From: Breznakia sp. PF5-3
GTDB lineage: Bacteria > Bacillota_I > Bacilli_A > Erysipelotrichales > Erysipelotrichaceae
NCBI RefSeq assembly: GCF_029504745.1
Contig: NZ_JAQFIQ010000061.1
Location: 1-11,379 of the forward strand
Reading direction: 5' to 3'
Length of the DNA: 11,379 nt
Positions 1 to 5,864 of this stretch are shown piece after piece. The position numbers were made by a program, and so were the translations under genes. The first letter of the stretch is position 1. Each line of letters begins with the position of its first letter. The notes beneath the pieces were generated by a model. It did no database searches. It saw only the letters and a program-made list of their open reading frames with translations, and had not been told where the DNA came from.

Positions 1-176
1 CCCTTATCCATTCTTGACTCGCCTTATGTGATTCGTATTCCTCGGGTCGGTAGTTTGCACTCCAACTTCCTTCAGATTCCACCTCGCGATGGACATCCTT
101 GTCTTCGGCTACGGGTTAGCGACTACACCCCCCACAGTGGACTTTCACCACTAGATATATGCCATGCCTAGCACAC
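1..176 (-). mobile_element. Group II intron, 5' portion (domain I), bacterial class C-like; continues beyond the left window edge
   Basis: The minus strand from 176 reads GTGTGCTAGGCATGG..TAGTGGTGAAAGTCCACT..GTGGAATCTGAAGGAAGTTGGAGTGCAAAC..GAGGAATACGAATCACATAAGGCGAG..AATGGATAAGGG. This is the GUGYG intron 5' consensus followed by blocks that, from memory, parallel domain I of the Oceanobacillus iheyensis group IIC intron (GUGUGCCCGGCAUGG, GGUGAGAGUCC, GGAAUCUGAAGGAAGC, GCAAAC, GAGGAACACGAA, AAUGGAUGAG). The segment is visibly GC-richer than its AT-rich surroundings, has no ORF in the track, and lies directly behind a terminator hairpin, as is typical for class C introns. Confidence 0.8.
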
Positions 177-213
177 CAAACAAAAAGATACTTCATTATT
201 TTGAAGTATCTTT
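177..213 (-). terminator. Rho-independent terminator hairpin (12-bp perfect stem, 6-nt loop) plus U-rich tail; also the presumed intron target motif
   Basis: AAAGATACTTCA (184-195) and TGAAGTATCTTT (202-213) are perfect reverse complements. On the minus strand the stem is followed by TTGTTTG (183-177), then the intron 5' GTGTG at 176. Confidence 0.65.
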
Positions 214-339
214 ATCTTTTGGTTTCTTTTTATCTTTCAAAAAGACAAAATGAATAAAGGCAAAAAATAGAAACGCTAAAATGAATTTTAGTCCTCTATC
301 CAATACAAACCTCATTACTGGCGTATCAAAATCAATCAA
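196..339 (-). CDS. Hypothetical small membrane peptide, 47 aa (MIDFDTPVMRFVLDRGLKFILAFLFFAFIHFVFLKDKKKPKDKDTSK), TTG start
   Basis: Hand-translated from the minus strand; absent from the ORF track because it is short and starts with TTG. A strong SD, AAGGAGGGG (343-351), precedes TTG at 339. The peptide has one hydrophobic stretch (LKFILAFLFFAFIHFVFL) and a K/D-rich tail. The TAA stop (198-196) falls in the loop of the 184-213 hairpin. It has its own promoter-like element upstream. I recognise no homolog. Confidence 0.4.
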   Translation of the reverse strand: MIDFDTPVMRFVLDRGLKFILAFLFFAFIHFVFLKDKKKPKDKDTSK

Positions 340-361
340 ACTATCCCCTCCTTACGGAACA

Positions 362-390
362 ATTATATCATACATAATCTAAATTTCTAA
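362..390 (-). promoter_or_regulatory. Putative sigma-A promoter for the small ORF (extended -10)
   Basis: The minus strand reads TTAGAA (390-385), a 17-nt spacer ending in TGA, then TATAAT (367-362), i.e. TGnTATAAT. The -35 overlaps the U-tract of the purC terminator. Confidence 0.35.
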
Positions 391-429
391 AAGAAAAGTG
401 CCTTCAAAATATTGGTTTCGAAGACACTT
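385..429 (-). terminator. Rho-independent terminator of purC
   Basis: On the minus strand: AAGUGUCUUC (429-420), a 14-nt loop, GAAGGCACUU (405-396), then UUUCUUUUAGA. The stem is 10 bp with one G-U pair that exists only in the minus-strand RNA (a C/A mismatch on plus). It lies 22 nt downstream of the purC stop. Confidence 0.6.
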
Positions 430-451
430 ATATATACTTAATTTAGATTCA

Positions 452-1138
452 TTATGCAATTTTTTCTAAAAGCATATTTGCACATTCAATTTGGTTAGGA
501 ATATTTCCATTTTCATCTTTAATACGCCAAATATCTGGTGTGATTTCATCCGCTACAACCACTTTACCACTTTCATCATAACCAAGTTCTATTTTAAAAT
601 CAATTAGTGTATATCCCATTGTATCTAATTCATTTCTTAACACTTCCCCAACCTTTACTAACAATGCTAAAGCTTCGTCATATTGACCAGGTTTCAGCAT
701 TCCCTTTAAAAGACACAATCTTTCACTAATAAGTGGATCACCTTGTTCATCATCTTTTAATGTAACTTCTAAGTACGGTGGTTCAAAAGGAATTCCTTCT
801 TCCAATGTGAAACGACGACACATACTTCCTGCTGTAAAATAACGCAATACAAACTCTAATGGTGGAACGGTAACTTCACGTACCTCCATCAATCCCTTTT
901 CAATATCAGACCCTTTATAATGTGTAGGGATTCCATTTTTTTCCATAAGTTCAAAGAAATAACTAGTTATTTTTAATCCTGTCTTCCCTTTTCCTTCAAC
1001 ACTTCCACCTACTGTGTTAGATCCTGGATCAAAGACTCCATTTTCACCAGTTGCACTATCCTTAAAAAATAAATAAACACTACCTGTTGTTTCATCTTTA
1101 AGCACATCTTTCGTTTTTCCTGAATATAATTTTTTCAT
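452..1138 (-). CDS. purC: Phosphoribosylaminoimidazole-succinocarboxamide (SAICAR) synthase, divergent and C-terminally short
   Basis: SAICAR synthetase family motifs are present: LYSGKTKDV, FKDSATG..GKGKTG, EFVLRYFTAGS, LKDDEQGDPLI, LIDFKIELG, VVADEITPD. The track ORF (452..1171) starts at a GTG with no SD. The ATG at 1138 is preceded by AAAAAGGAGAAACTTAAA and is my preferred start; the ATG at 1159 is an alternative. Confidence 0.85.
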   Translation of the reverse strand: MKKLYSGKTKDVLKDETTGSVYLFFKDSATGENGVFDPGSNTVGGSVEGKGKTGLKITSYFFELMEKNGIPTHYKGSDIEKGLMEVREVTVPPLEFVLRYFTAGSMCRRFTLEEGIPFEPPYLEVTLKDDEQGDPLISERLCLLKGMLKPGQYDEALALLVKVGEVLRNELDTMGYTLIDFKIELGYDESGKVVVADEITPDIWRIKDENGNIPNQIECANMLLEKIA

Positions 1139-1206
1139 TTTAAGTTTCTCCTTTTTCATTGTATTGGTCACCTTTTAGCAGCCTAAGAACTTGTATTTTC
1201 TAATCT

Positions 1207-1235
1207 ATTATAGCACTATTTTTTTATCATTTGAA
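1207..1235 (-). promoter_or_regulatory. Putative purC promoter
   Basis: The minus strand reads TTCAAA (1235-1230), a 17-nt spacer ending in TGC, then TATAAT (1212-1207). This is an extended -10 with a perfect -10 hexamer. Confidence 0.35.
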
Positions 1236-1294
1236 AAAAAATCTTTCAATATTTTAAAAGATTTTATAATTAATATTTATTTTTATCACATGTA

Positions 1295-1323
1295 TTGACT
1301 CTATGGCTACTTGGTGATACTAT
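1295..1323 (+). promoter_or_regulatory. Putative promoter of the PadR-DUF1048-ABC operon
   Basis: TTGACT (1295-1300), a 17-nt spacer ending in TGA, then TACTAT (1318-1323). It sits ~38 nt upstream of the padR-family ATG. Confidence 0.5.
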
Positions 1324-1349
1324 GTAGTGGTAATAAGTAATACTTAGTA
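1318..1349. promoter_or_regulatory. Imperfect inverted repeat TACTATGTA-N14-TACTTAGTA; candidate PadR operator overlapping the -10
   Basis: The reverse complement of 1341-1349 (TACTAAGTA) matches 1318-1326 (TACTATGTA) at 8 of 9 positions. The left half-site coincides with the -10 hexamer. PadR-family dimers bind inverted repeats. Confidence 0.3.
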
Positions 1350-1360
1350 GAGGAGGTTAT

Positions 1361-1684
1361 ATGCAAAATCTTACGGAGATGCTGAAAGGTGTTTTAGAAG
1401 GTTGTGTTCTTGAAATTATCAGTAGAAAACAAACATATGGTTATGAAATAGCTAAGCAATTAAATGCTCTTGGCTTTGATGAAGTCGTAGAAGGAACTGT
1501 ATACACAATTCTTTTGCGATTAGAAAAAAAGAAATTGATTGATTTTGAGAAAAAGCCTTCTGAACTTGGACCACCTAGGAAATTTTATTCACTTAATGAT
1601 GCTGGATATCAAGAGTTAGAAGTTTTCTGGAAGAAGTGGGCTTTTATCGTAGAGCGTTTAGCTCAGCTTAAGGAGGAAAATTGA
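1361..1684 (+). CDS. PadR-family transcriptional regulator (short, single-domain subtype)
   Basis: 107 aa. The winged-helix pattern GVLEGCVLEIISRKQTYGYEIAKQL...EGTVYTILLRLEKKKLI...RKFYSLNDAG is typical of PadR/LmrR-like repressors. SD GAGGAGG lies upstream. Confidence 0.9.
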   Translation: MQNLTEMLKGVLEGCVLEIISRKQTYGYEIAKQLNALGFDEVVEGTVYTILLRLEKKKLIDFEKKPSELGPPRKFYSLNDAGYQELEVFWKKWAFIVERLAQLKEEN

Positions 1685-1685
1685 A

Positions 1686-2030
1686 ATGAAAAAAATTCGT
1701 GAATATATAATAGGTACTAAAGAACAAAAAGAAAGTTGGCGAGAATCTAAACGTCGAGCAAAACGTTTACCTCATGATTATCGTGTAGTATATGATACAG
1801 CTTCTAAATACATGCTTAATTTTTCATCTAATGATAACAGTGTTGTAGCTTTACTACCTGAGATATTAGATTTATTTGAAGCAGCAATCGCTGATAATAA
1901 AGATGTCTTGGATGTTGTTGGGCATGATGTTATGGCCTTTTGTGATGCTTTACTAGAAGATGCTGAAACATGGAATGGAAAAATGCGCAAGAAAATGAAT
2001 GATGATTTACACAAAAAGTTGGGGAGATAA
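1686..2030 (+). CDS. DUF1048-family protein (function unknown; frequent PadR partner)
   Basis: 114 aa. From memory, the pattern RRAKRLPHDYRVVYDTASKYM...EILDLFEAAIADNKDVLDVVGHDVMAFCDALLED matches DUF1048 proteins encoded next to short PadR genes in Firmicutes. The start is 1 nt after the padR stop, with AAGGAGG inside the padR 3' end. Confidence 0.7.
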   Translation: MKKIREYIIGTKEQKESWRESKRRAKRLPHDYRVVYDTASKYMLNFSSNDNSVVALLPEILDLFEAAIADNKDVLDVVGHDVMAFCDALLEDAETWNGKMRKKMNDDLHKKLGR

Positions 2031-2035
2031 ATATA

Positions 2036-2983
2036 ATGACAGAATCTAATATTGCCATTTCTGTATCTAACTTAAAAATGGCTTATAAGGATAACAAAGT
2101 ATTAACAGATGTTAACTTTACTGTAGAAAAAGGATCTACTTTTGCTTTGTTGGGATCTAATGGTGCTGGTAAAACAACAATTATCAAAATTCTTTCAACC
2201 CTTTTAAAAGCTGATGAAGGTGAAGTTATTGTAAATAATTTTAACGTGACAAACAATTCTAAAGAGGTTCGCAATGCCATTAGCTTAACTGGACAAAGTG
2301 TTGCCTTAGATTATATTTTAACCGGACGTGAAAATCTTCAAATGATAGCTAAACTTCGTAATGTTAACCATATCGATATAATCGTAAACGCTTTATTAAA
2401 ACAATTTGATTTAGAAGATGCTGCTGATAAACGTATTGCAACATATTCTGGAGGAATGTGTCGCCGTTTAGATTTAGCTATGAGCTTAATAGGAAACCCA
2501 TCCATCATCTTTTTGGATGAGCCAACAACTGGATTAGATCCTCAAGCTAGAATTGCATTGTGGGATGTAATAAAAAACTTAACTACATCTGGTATTACAG
2601 TATTGTTAACTACACAATATTTAGAAGAAGCTGATGTTTTAGCTGATCAAATTGCTATTTTACATAAAGGAAAAATTGTTACACAAGGAAGTGCAAAAGA
2701 ACTAAAACAACAACTTCCAAACGCTCATCTAAAATTAAGTTTTGCAGATAAAGAAAATTTATCTGCTGCAATATCATTATTAAGTAAGACTTATGATGTT
2801 ATAACGAATAAAGAATCTTTAAGTTTATCTATTTCATCTAAAGGTGGAGTTGAAGATATCAGTAAGTTATTAAATACTATTTGCGAAGCTAAGATTAATG
2901 TTGTTGAATTTAGTCAAAAACTTCCAACTCTAGAAGATGTTTTTTTAGATATTGTAAACACTGAAGAAAAGAAGGTGGTCTAA
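2036..2983 (+). CDS. ABC transporter ATP-binding protein (DrrA/ABC-2 exporter type)
   Basis: Walker A GSNGAGKTT, Q-loop LTGQS, signature YSGGMCRRL, Walker B IIFLDEPTTGLD, H-loop-region LLTTQY. It also has a C-terminal extension typical of DrrA-like ATPases. Confidence 0.93.
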   Translation: MTESNIAISVSNLKMAYKDNKVLTDVNFTVEKGSTFALLGSNGAGKTTIIKILSTLLKADEGEVIVNNFNVTNNSKEVRNAISLTGQSVALDYILTGRENLQMIAKLRNVNHIDIIVNALLKQFDLEDAADKRIATYSGGMCRRLDLAMSLIGNPSIIFLDEPTTGLDPQARIALWDVIKNLTTSGITVLLTTQYLEEADVLADQIAILHKGKIVTQGSAKELKQQLPNAHLKLSFADKENLSAAISLLSKTYDVITNKESLSLSISSKGGVEDISKLLNTICEAKINVVEFSQKLPTLEDVFLDIVNTEEKKVV

Positions 2984-3739
2984 ATGAATACAGTGAAACA
3001 TACATTTATTATGAGTAGTAGAGTAATACGTTATTCTACACGTAGTATTGATACAGTTATTACTGTAATTGTAATGCCGATTATGATTTTACTAGCTTTT
3101 GTTTATATTCTTGGTGGAGCTATGGAAACCGGAACAACTAGTTATGTTAATTATATCGTTCCTGGTGTATTACTATACTGCATTACAAGTGGTGTAGCTT
3201 ATAGTTCTTTACGCGTTAACAACGATCTCAATAAAGGGATTTTCGAACGATTTCATTCGATGCCTATTGCGAAATCATCCATTTTAGCTGGTCATGTTAT
3301 AGCTTCTATCATCTCTAATATTGTATCTTTAGTCGTTATCTTCATCGTTGCCTTCTTAATTGGATTTCGCTCACCTGCCAATATTCATGAATGGCTATTG
3401 GCTATTACATTGTTACTTCTTTCTGTACTTGCAATGACTTGGATGGCTCTTACTTTTGGTTTGCTTGCAAAAACCTTTGAAGGAGCAGGTGTATTTGCAT
3501 ATATATTGATGGCATTACTATTTGTAAGTTCTAGTTTCGCACCTGTAGAAACAATGCCACGTGCATTGGAAATATTTGCAACCTATCAACCAATGACCCC
3601 TATCATTGAAGGTATTAGATCCCTCTTGCTTGGGAATCCTAATTGGCAAAGTATCACAATAGCCATTATATGGTGTGTTGGAATATCTATACTATTTTAT
3701 GGACTTTCAATGTTGACATACAAAAGAAGATTGAAATAA
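2984..3739 (+). CDS. ABC-2 type transporter permease
   Basis: 251 aa with about six hydrophobic segments. Its ATG immediately abuts the ATPase TAA (translational coupling), which is typical ABC-2 membrane-partner placement. Confidence 0.85.
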   Translation: MNTVKHTFIMSSRVIRYSTRSIDTVITVIVMPIMILLAFVYILGGAMETGTTSYVNYIVPGVLLYCITSGVAYSSLRVNNDLNKGIFERFHSMPIAKSSILAGHVIASIISNIVSLVVIFIVAFLIGFRSPANIHEWLLAITLLLLSVLAMTWMALTFGLLAKTFEGAGVFAYILMALLFVSSSFAPVETMPRALEIFATYQPMTPIIEGIRSLLLGNPNWQSITIAIIWCVGISILFYGLSMLTYKRRLK

Positions 3740-3742
3740 AAA

Positions 3743-3788
3743 AAAGAAACTAGATGTATGAATTAACTTCATTACAAATAGTTTCTTT
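3743..3788. terminator. Bidirectional rho-independent terminator shared by the convergent ABC operon and the PRD regulator gene
   Basis: AAAGAAACTA (3743-3752) pairs with TAGTTTCTTT (3779-3788), with inner pairing TGT-ATGAA / TTCAT-t-ACA. It is flanked by an A-run upstream and a T-run downstream, so either strand reads hairpin plus U-tract. It abuts the regulator stop codon (3789-3791). Confidence 0.7.
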
Positions 3789-5702
3789 TTATAAATCATT
3801 CAACAGTTGTTTTAAAGAATGCATATTAGTACAATTTTTCAAAGTTTTTGCTAACCTATCATCTGCAGCAATTCGCATGATTTTTCGGAATAAAAAATTA
3901 TACTCATTTAAGTCTTTATCATTTGCAGCCACAAGAATTACAAAATCTGTATCTTCTCCATCCCATTTAATTTGATTCTTCAAATTAATCATGATAATAA
4001 CAGATGAAATAACAGCATCTTTTGCTCCATGAGGCAGTGCAATCCCACGTGCTACATAGGTACTACTAATCTTTGTCCTAGATATAACAGAATCATAGAA
4101 TTCTTTCTTCACATAGCCATTAACCTCTAAAAAATTACAGTATTTTTGAAGTAATTTATCTTCATTTTCTAAATCATCTTGAAAAAACAACAGATAATGT
4201 TCGTAAACATTTTCTTTATGAGCAATTCCCATCGCTGAAAAATTCAAGACATAATGTCGCAAAGCGCTATGGTCATTATGGGTGAAATTCGGATCAATAC
4301 GAATACAATTATCGCCCATAACAATTGTTTTAGAACTATTGATAATAATGTCATATGCTTCTGAATGGATGGTTTGAATTGAATTTTCTCTGAAAATTTC
4401 TTTTATATGAATTTCACTAAAATATGACTCAATAATATTTTTAAGAAAAATCTCTATAGAAAGACCCTCACTACATATCAAAGCAGCTTCTATTTTTCTA
4501 ATATTTGCTGGCCGATTTACAGCAGCAATAATGTGTAAACAAATATATCCAATTTCATTTGAATCAAAATATATATTTTCCATGATTTCTAAATCTTCAA
4601 TTGTTGTAATCACGGCCATATAAACTTCAGTGTAATTGATTTTAATTTGTTCAAGCAGTGGATTTTCATTACTAATTCCATAGCGAATACGATTTATTGC
4701 AGGCTTTAAATGACTAATTAAATTTTGTTTTAATTCAAAATCATTTGATAGTTCTACATTTAATCGAATACTAAGCAAATTTAAAAACTTTTCCAACATT
4801 ACCATATCCTGTTGGGTAGTTGGTATATTGATCTGTTTTCTTGTCCCAATCAACAACAATGATAAATATTCTATTTCTGGATCTGTAAAAAGAATTGAAA
4901 AATCTTTTTCCAAATAATTTTTAATTAAGGTTGCATAATAAAACTCTTGATTACTTTTTAAATCATAAAAAGATTCATTTTGTATAAATTTCCCTATCTT
5001 TAAACGTGTTATGATAATCGAAAGACAAATAGCTACCTTGTTATAATCTTCATCACAATAGTTTGTATTAATAATATTTTCACTGATTTTCATAATATTA
5101 ATGATTTTATGCTTTTCATCTTCTTTCAACAAGATGTTTAAAATTACATTAGTTTTATCATTAATACGGTTCATAGCAATATCTTCACTACCTTCAATAA
5201 AAGTAGTTAAAAAGGCATAGAATAATTTTCTAATATCATTTTCATCACCATAAAGTAAAATCCCCTTTCCGCGTTTATGTTCAATATAGCAATTGAATTC
5301 ATTACTGTAATTATCTATTTCATTAATCAAAGCATGCAATGAAGTAGTCGAAAGAAAAAGTTCATTTTTTAACTCATCATAGGAAATTCCTTTAGCATTA
5401 GATAACAATTTTATCAACACTTTACAGAAATCATTCTCTTGCCCTGTATTTAGTGTAAGTGATAGCTTAAGCTTAGATAAAATCTTTGCTTTTGCAACTC
5501 CATCTGCCTCAAGACGAATTCCACGATTTGGTTTTTTCACTAGTTTTCCAGGAAAAATAAGTGAACCAAATTCTTGAGAAGTAACATAATTATGAATCGT
5601 TCGCTCAGAAATATTCAACTGCTTAGACAACTTATAAACGGTTATATAATCATCCTGAGAAATTAACAATTTAATTAATTGCTTAATACGTTCGGTTTTC
5701 AT
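3789..5702 (-). CDS. PRD domain-containing transcriptional activator of the LicR/MtlR/ManR type (HTH - PRD - PRD - EIIB-like - EIIA-like)
   Basis: It has an N-terminal HTH (YITVYKLSKQLNISERTIHNYV), PRD-like helical regions with conserved His (e.g. IGYICLHIIAAV), an EIIB(Gat)-like segment with Cys (EAALICSEG), and a C-terminal EIIA(Mtl/Fru)-type domain (VARGIALPHGAKD). The track ORF starts at 5714, but that ATGGAGG itself supplies the SD (GGAGG plus 5 nt) for the ATG at 5702, which I prefer. Confidence 0.88.
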   Translation of the reverse strand: MKTERIKQLIKLLISQDDYITVYKLSKQLNISERTIHNYVTSQEFGSLIFPGKLVKKPNRGIRLEADGVAKAKILSKLKLSLTLNTGQENDFCKVLIKLLSNAKGISYDELKNELFLSTTSLHALINEIDNYSNEFNCYIEHKRGKGILLYGDENDIRKLFYAFLTTFIEGSEDIAMNRINDKTNVILNILLKEDEKHKIINIMKISENIINTNYCDEDYNKVAICLSIIITRLKIGKFIQNESFYDLKSNQEFYYATLIKNYLEKDFSILFTDPEIEYLSLLLIGTRKQINIPTTQQDMVMLEKFLNLLSIRLNVELSNDFELKQNLISHLKPAINRIRYGISNENPLLEQIKINYTEVYMAVITTIEDLEIMENIYFDSNEIGYICLHIIAAVNRPANIRKIEAALICSEGLSIEIFLKNIIESYFSEIHIKEIFRENSIQTIHSEAYDIIINSSKTIVMGDNCIRIDPNFTHNDHSALRHYVLNFSAMGIAHKENVYEHYLLFFQDDLENEDKLLQKYCNFLEVNGYVKKEFYDSVISRTKISSTYVARGIALPHGAKDAVISSVIIMINLKNQIKWDGEDTDFVILVAANDKDLNEYNFLFRKIMRIAADDRLAKTLKNCTNMHSLKQLLNDL

Positions 5703-5728
5703 CGATACCTCCATGCCCTTTCAATTAA

Positions 5729-5737
5729 ATTATATCA
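5729..5737 (-). promoter_or_regulatory. Putative extended -10 (TGaTATAAT) for the PRD regulator gene
   Basis: The minus strand reads TGATATAAT across 5737-5729, ~27 nt upstream of the preferred ATG. There is no good -35; that position is occupied by TGCAAC repeats 1 and 2. Confidence 0.35.
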
Positions 5738-5742
5738 AACTA

Positions 5743-5792
5743 TGCAACTTGCAACTTTTTAAAATCTGCAACATTTTTTGAAATGCTGCAAT
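5743..5792. repeat. Four direct copies of TGCAA(C/T) in the divergent control region; candidate activator operator
   Basis: The sequence is aTGCAACtTGCAACtttttaaaatcTGCAACattttttgaaatgcTGCAATttc. Copies lie at 5743-5748, 5750-5755, 5767-5772 and 5787-5792. Copies 2-4 each head a similar T-run/AAAT unit of ~17-20 nt. Confidence 0.45.
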
Positions 5793-5815
5793 TTCTTAGC
5801 GAATACAGCTATATA
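5787..5815 (+). promoter_or_regulatory. Putative activator-dependent promoter of the GH38-PTS operon
   Basis: TATATA (5810-5815) lies 17 nt downstream of TGCAAT (5787-5792), which is a poor -35. That is expected for a promoter needing an activator. The leader to the ATG at 5865 is ~45 nt and has no terminator hairpin. Confidence 0.3.
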
Positions 5816-5864
5816 TTGATGAAACACTTATGTGATACGCTTTTATTGCAAAAGGAGGACAACA

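Noticed and set aside
1-176. The GC-rich left edge as an rRNA/tRNA/tmRNA/RNase P fragment, or as a coding remnant (the plus frame is open: PLSILDSPYVIRIPRVGSLHSNFLQIPPRDGHPCLRLRVSDYTPHSGLSPLDICHA*).
   Set aside because: There is no cloverleaf and there are no rRNA signature blocks. The minus strand begins with GUGUG and carries group II domain I blocks (GGUGAAAGUCC, GGAAUCUGAAGGAAG). The open plus frame has no start or SD and is best explained as an antisense artefact of a structured GC-rich RNA.
1139-1360. A purine riboswitch, T-box or PurR PurBox upstream of purC.
   Set aside because: The region is AT-rich with no conserved purine-aptamer blocks. The only PurBox-like string (TAAGAACTT) lacks the CGAA core.
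1778-2280. Minus-strand ORFs 1778..2014 (78 aa) and 2083..2280 (65 aa).
   Set aside because: They are fully antisense to well-supported DUF1048 and ABC ATPase genes, have no SD, and have low-complexity Ser/Leu-rich translations. These are shadow ORFs.
3754-3975. Plus-strand ORF 3754..3975 (73 aa).
   Set aside because: It starts inside the bidirectional terminator loop and runs antisense to the EIIA-like domain of the PRD regulator. It has no SD.
5715-5864. A sigma-54 (-24/-12) promoter, suggested by the repeated TTGCA elements.
   Set aside because: No TGGCAC -24 element lies at the required spacing. The adjacent regulator is ~640 aa with no AAA+ sigma-54-interaction domain, so it is not LevR-type.
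5776-5864. A CcpA cre site (WTGNAANCGNWNNCW) and a BglG-type RAT/terminator in the GH38 operon leader.
   Set aside because: The nearest candidates (TGAAATGCTGCAAT, TGTGATACGCTTTT) fail the central CG spacing. The leader is ~45 nt with no terminator hairpin, so antitermination control is unlikely.
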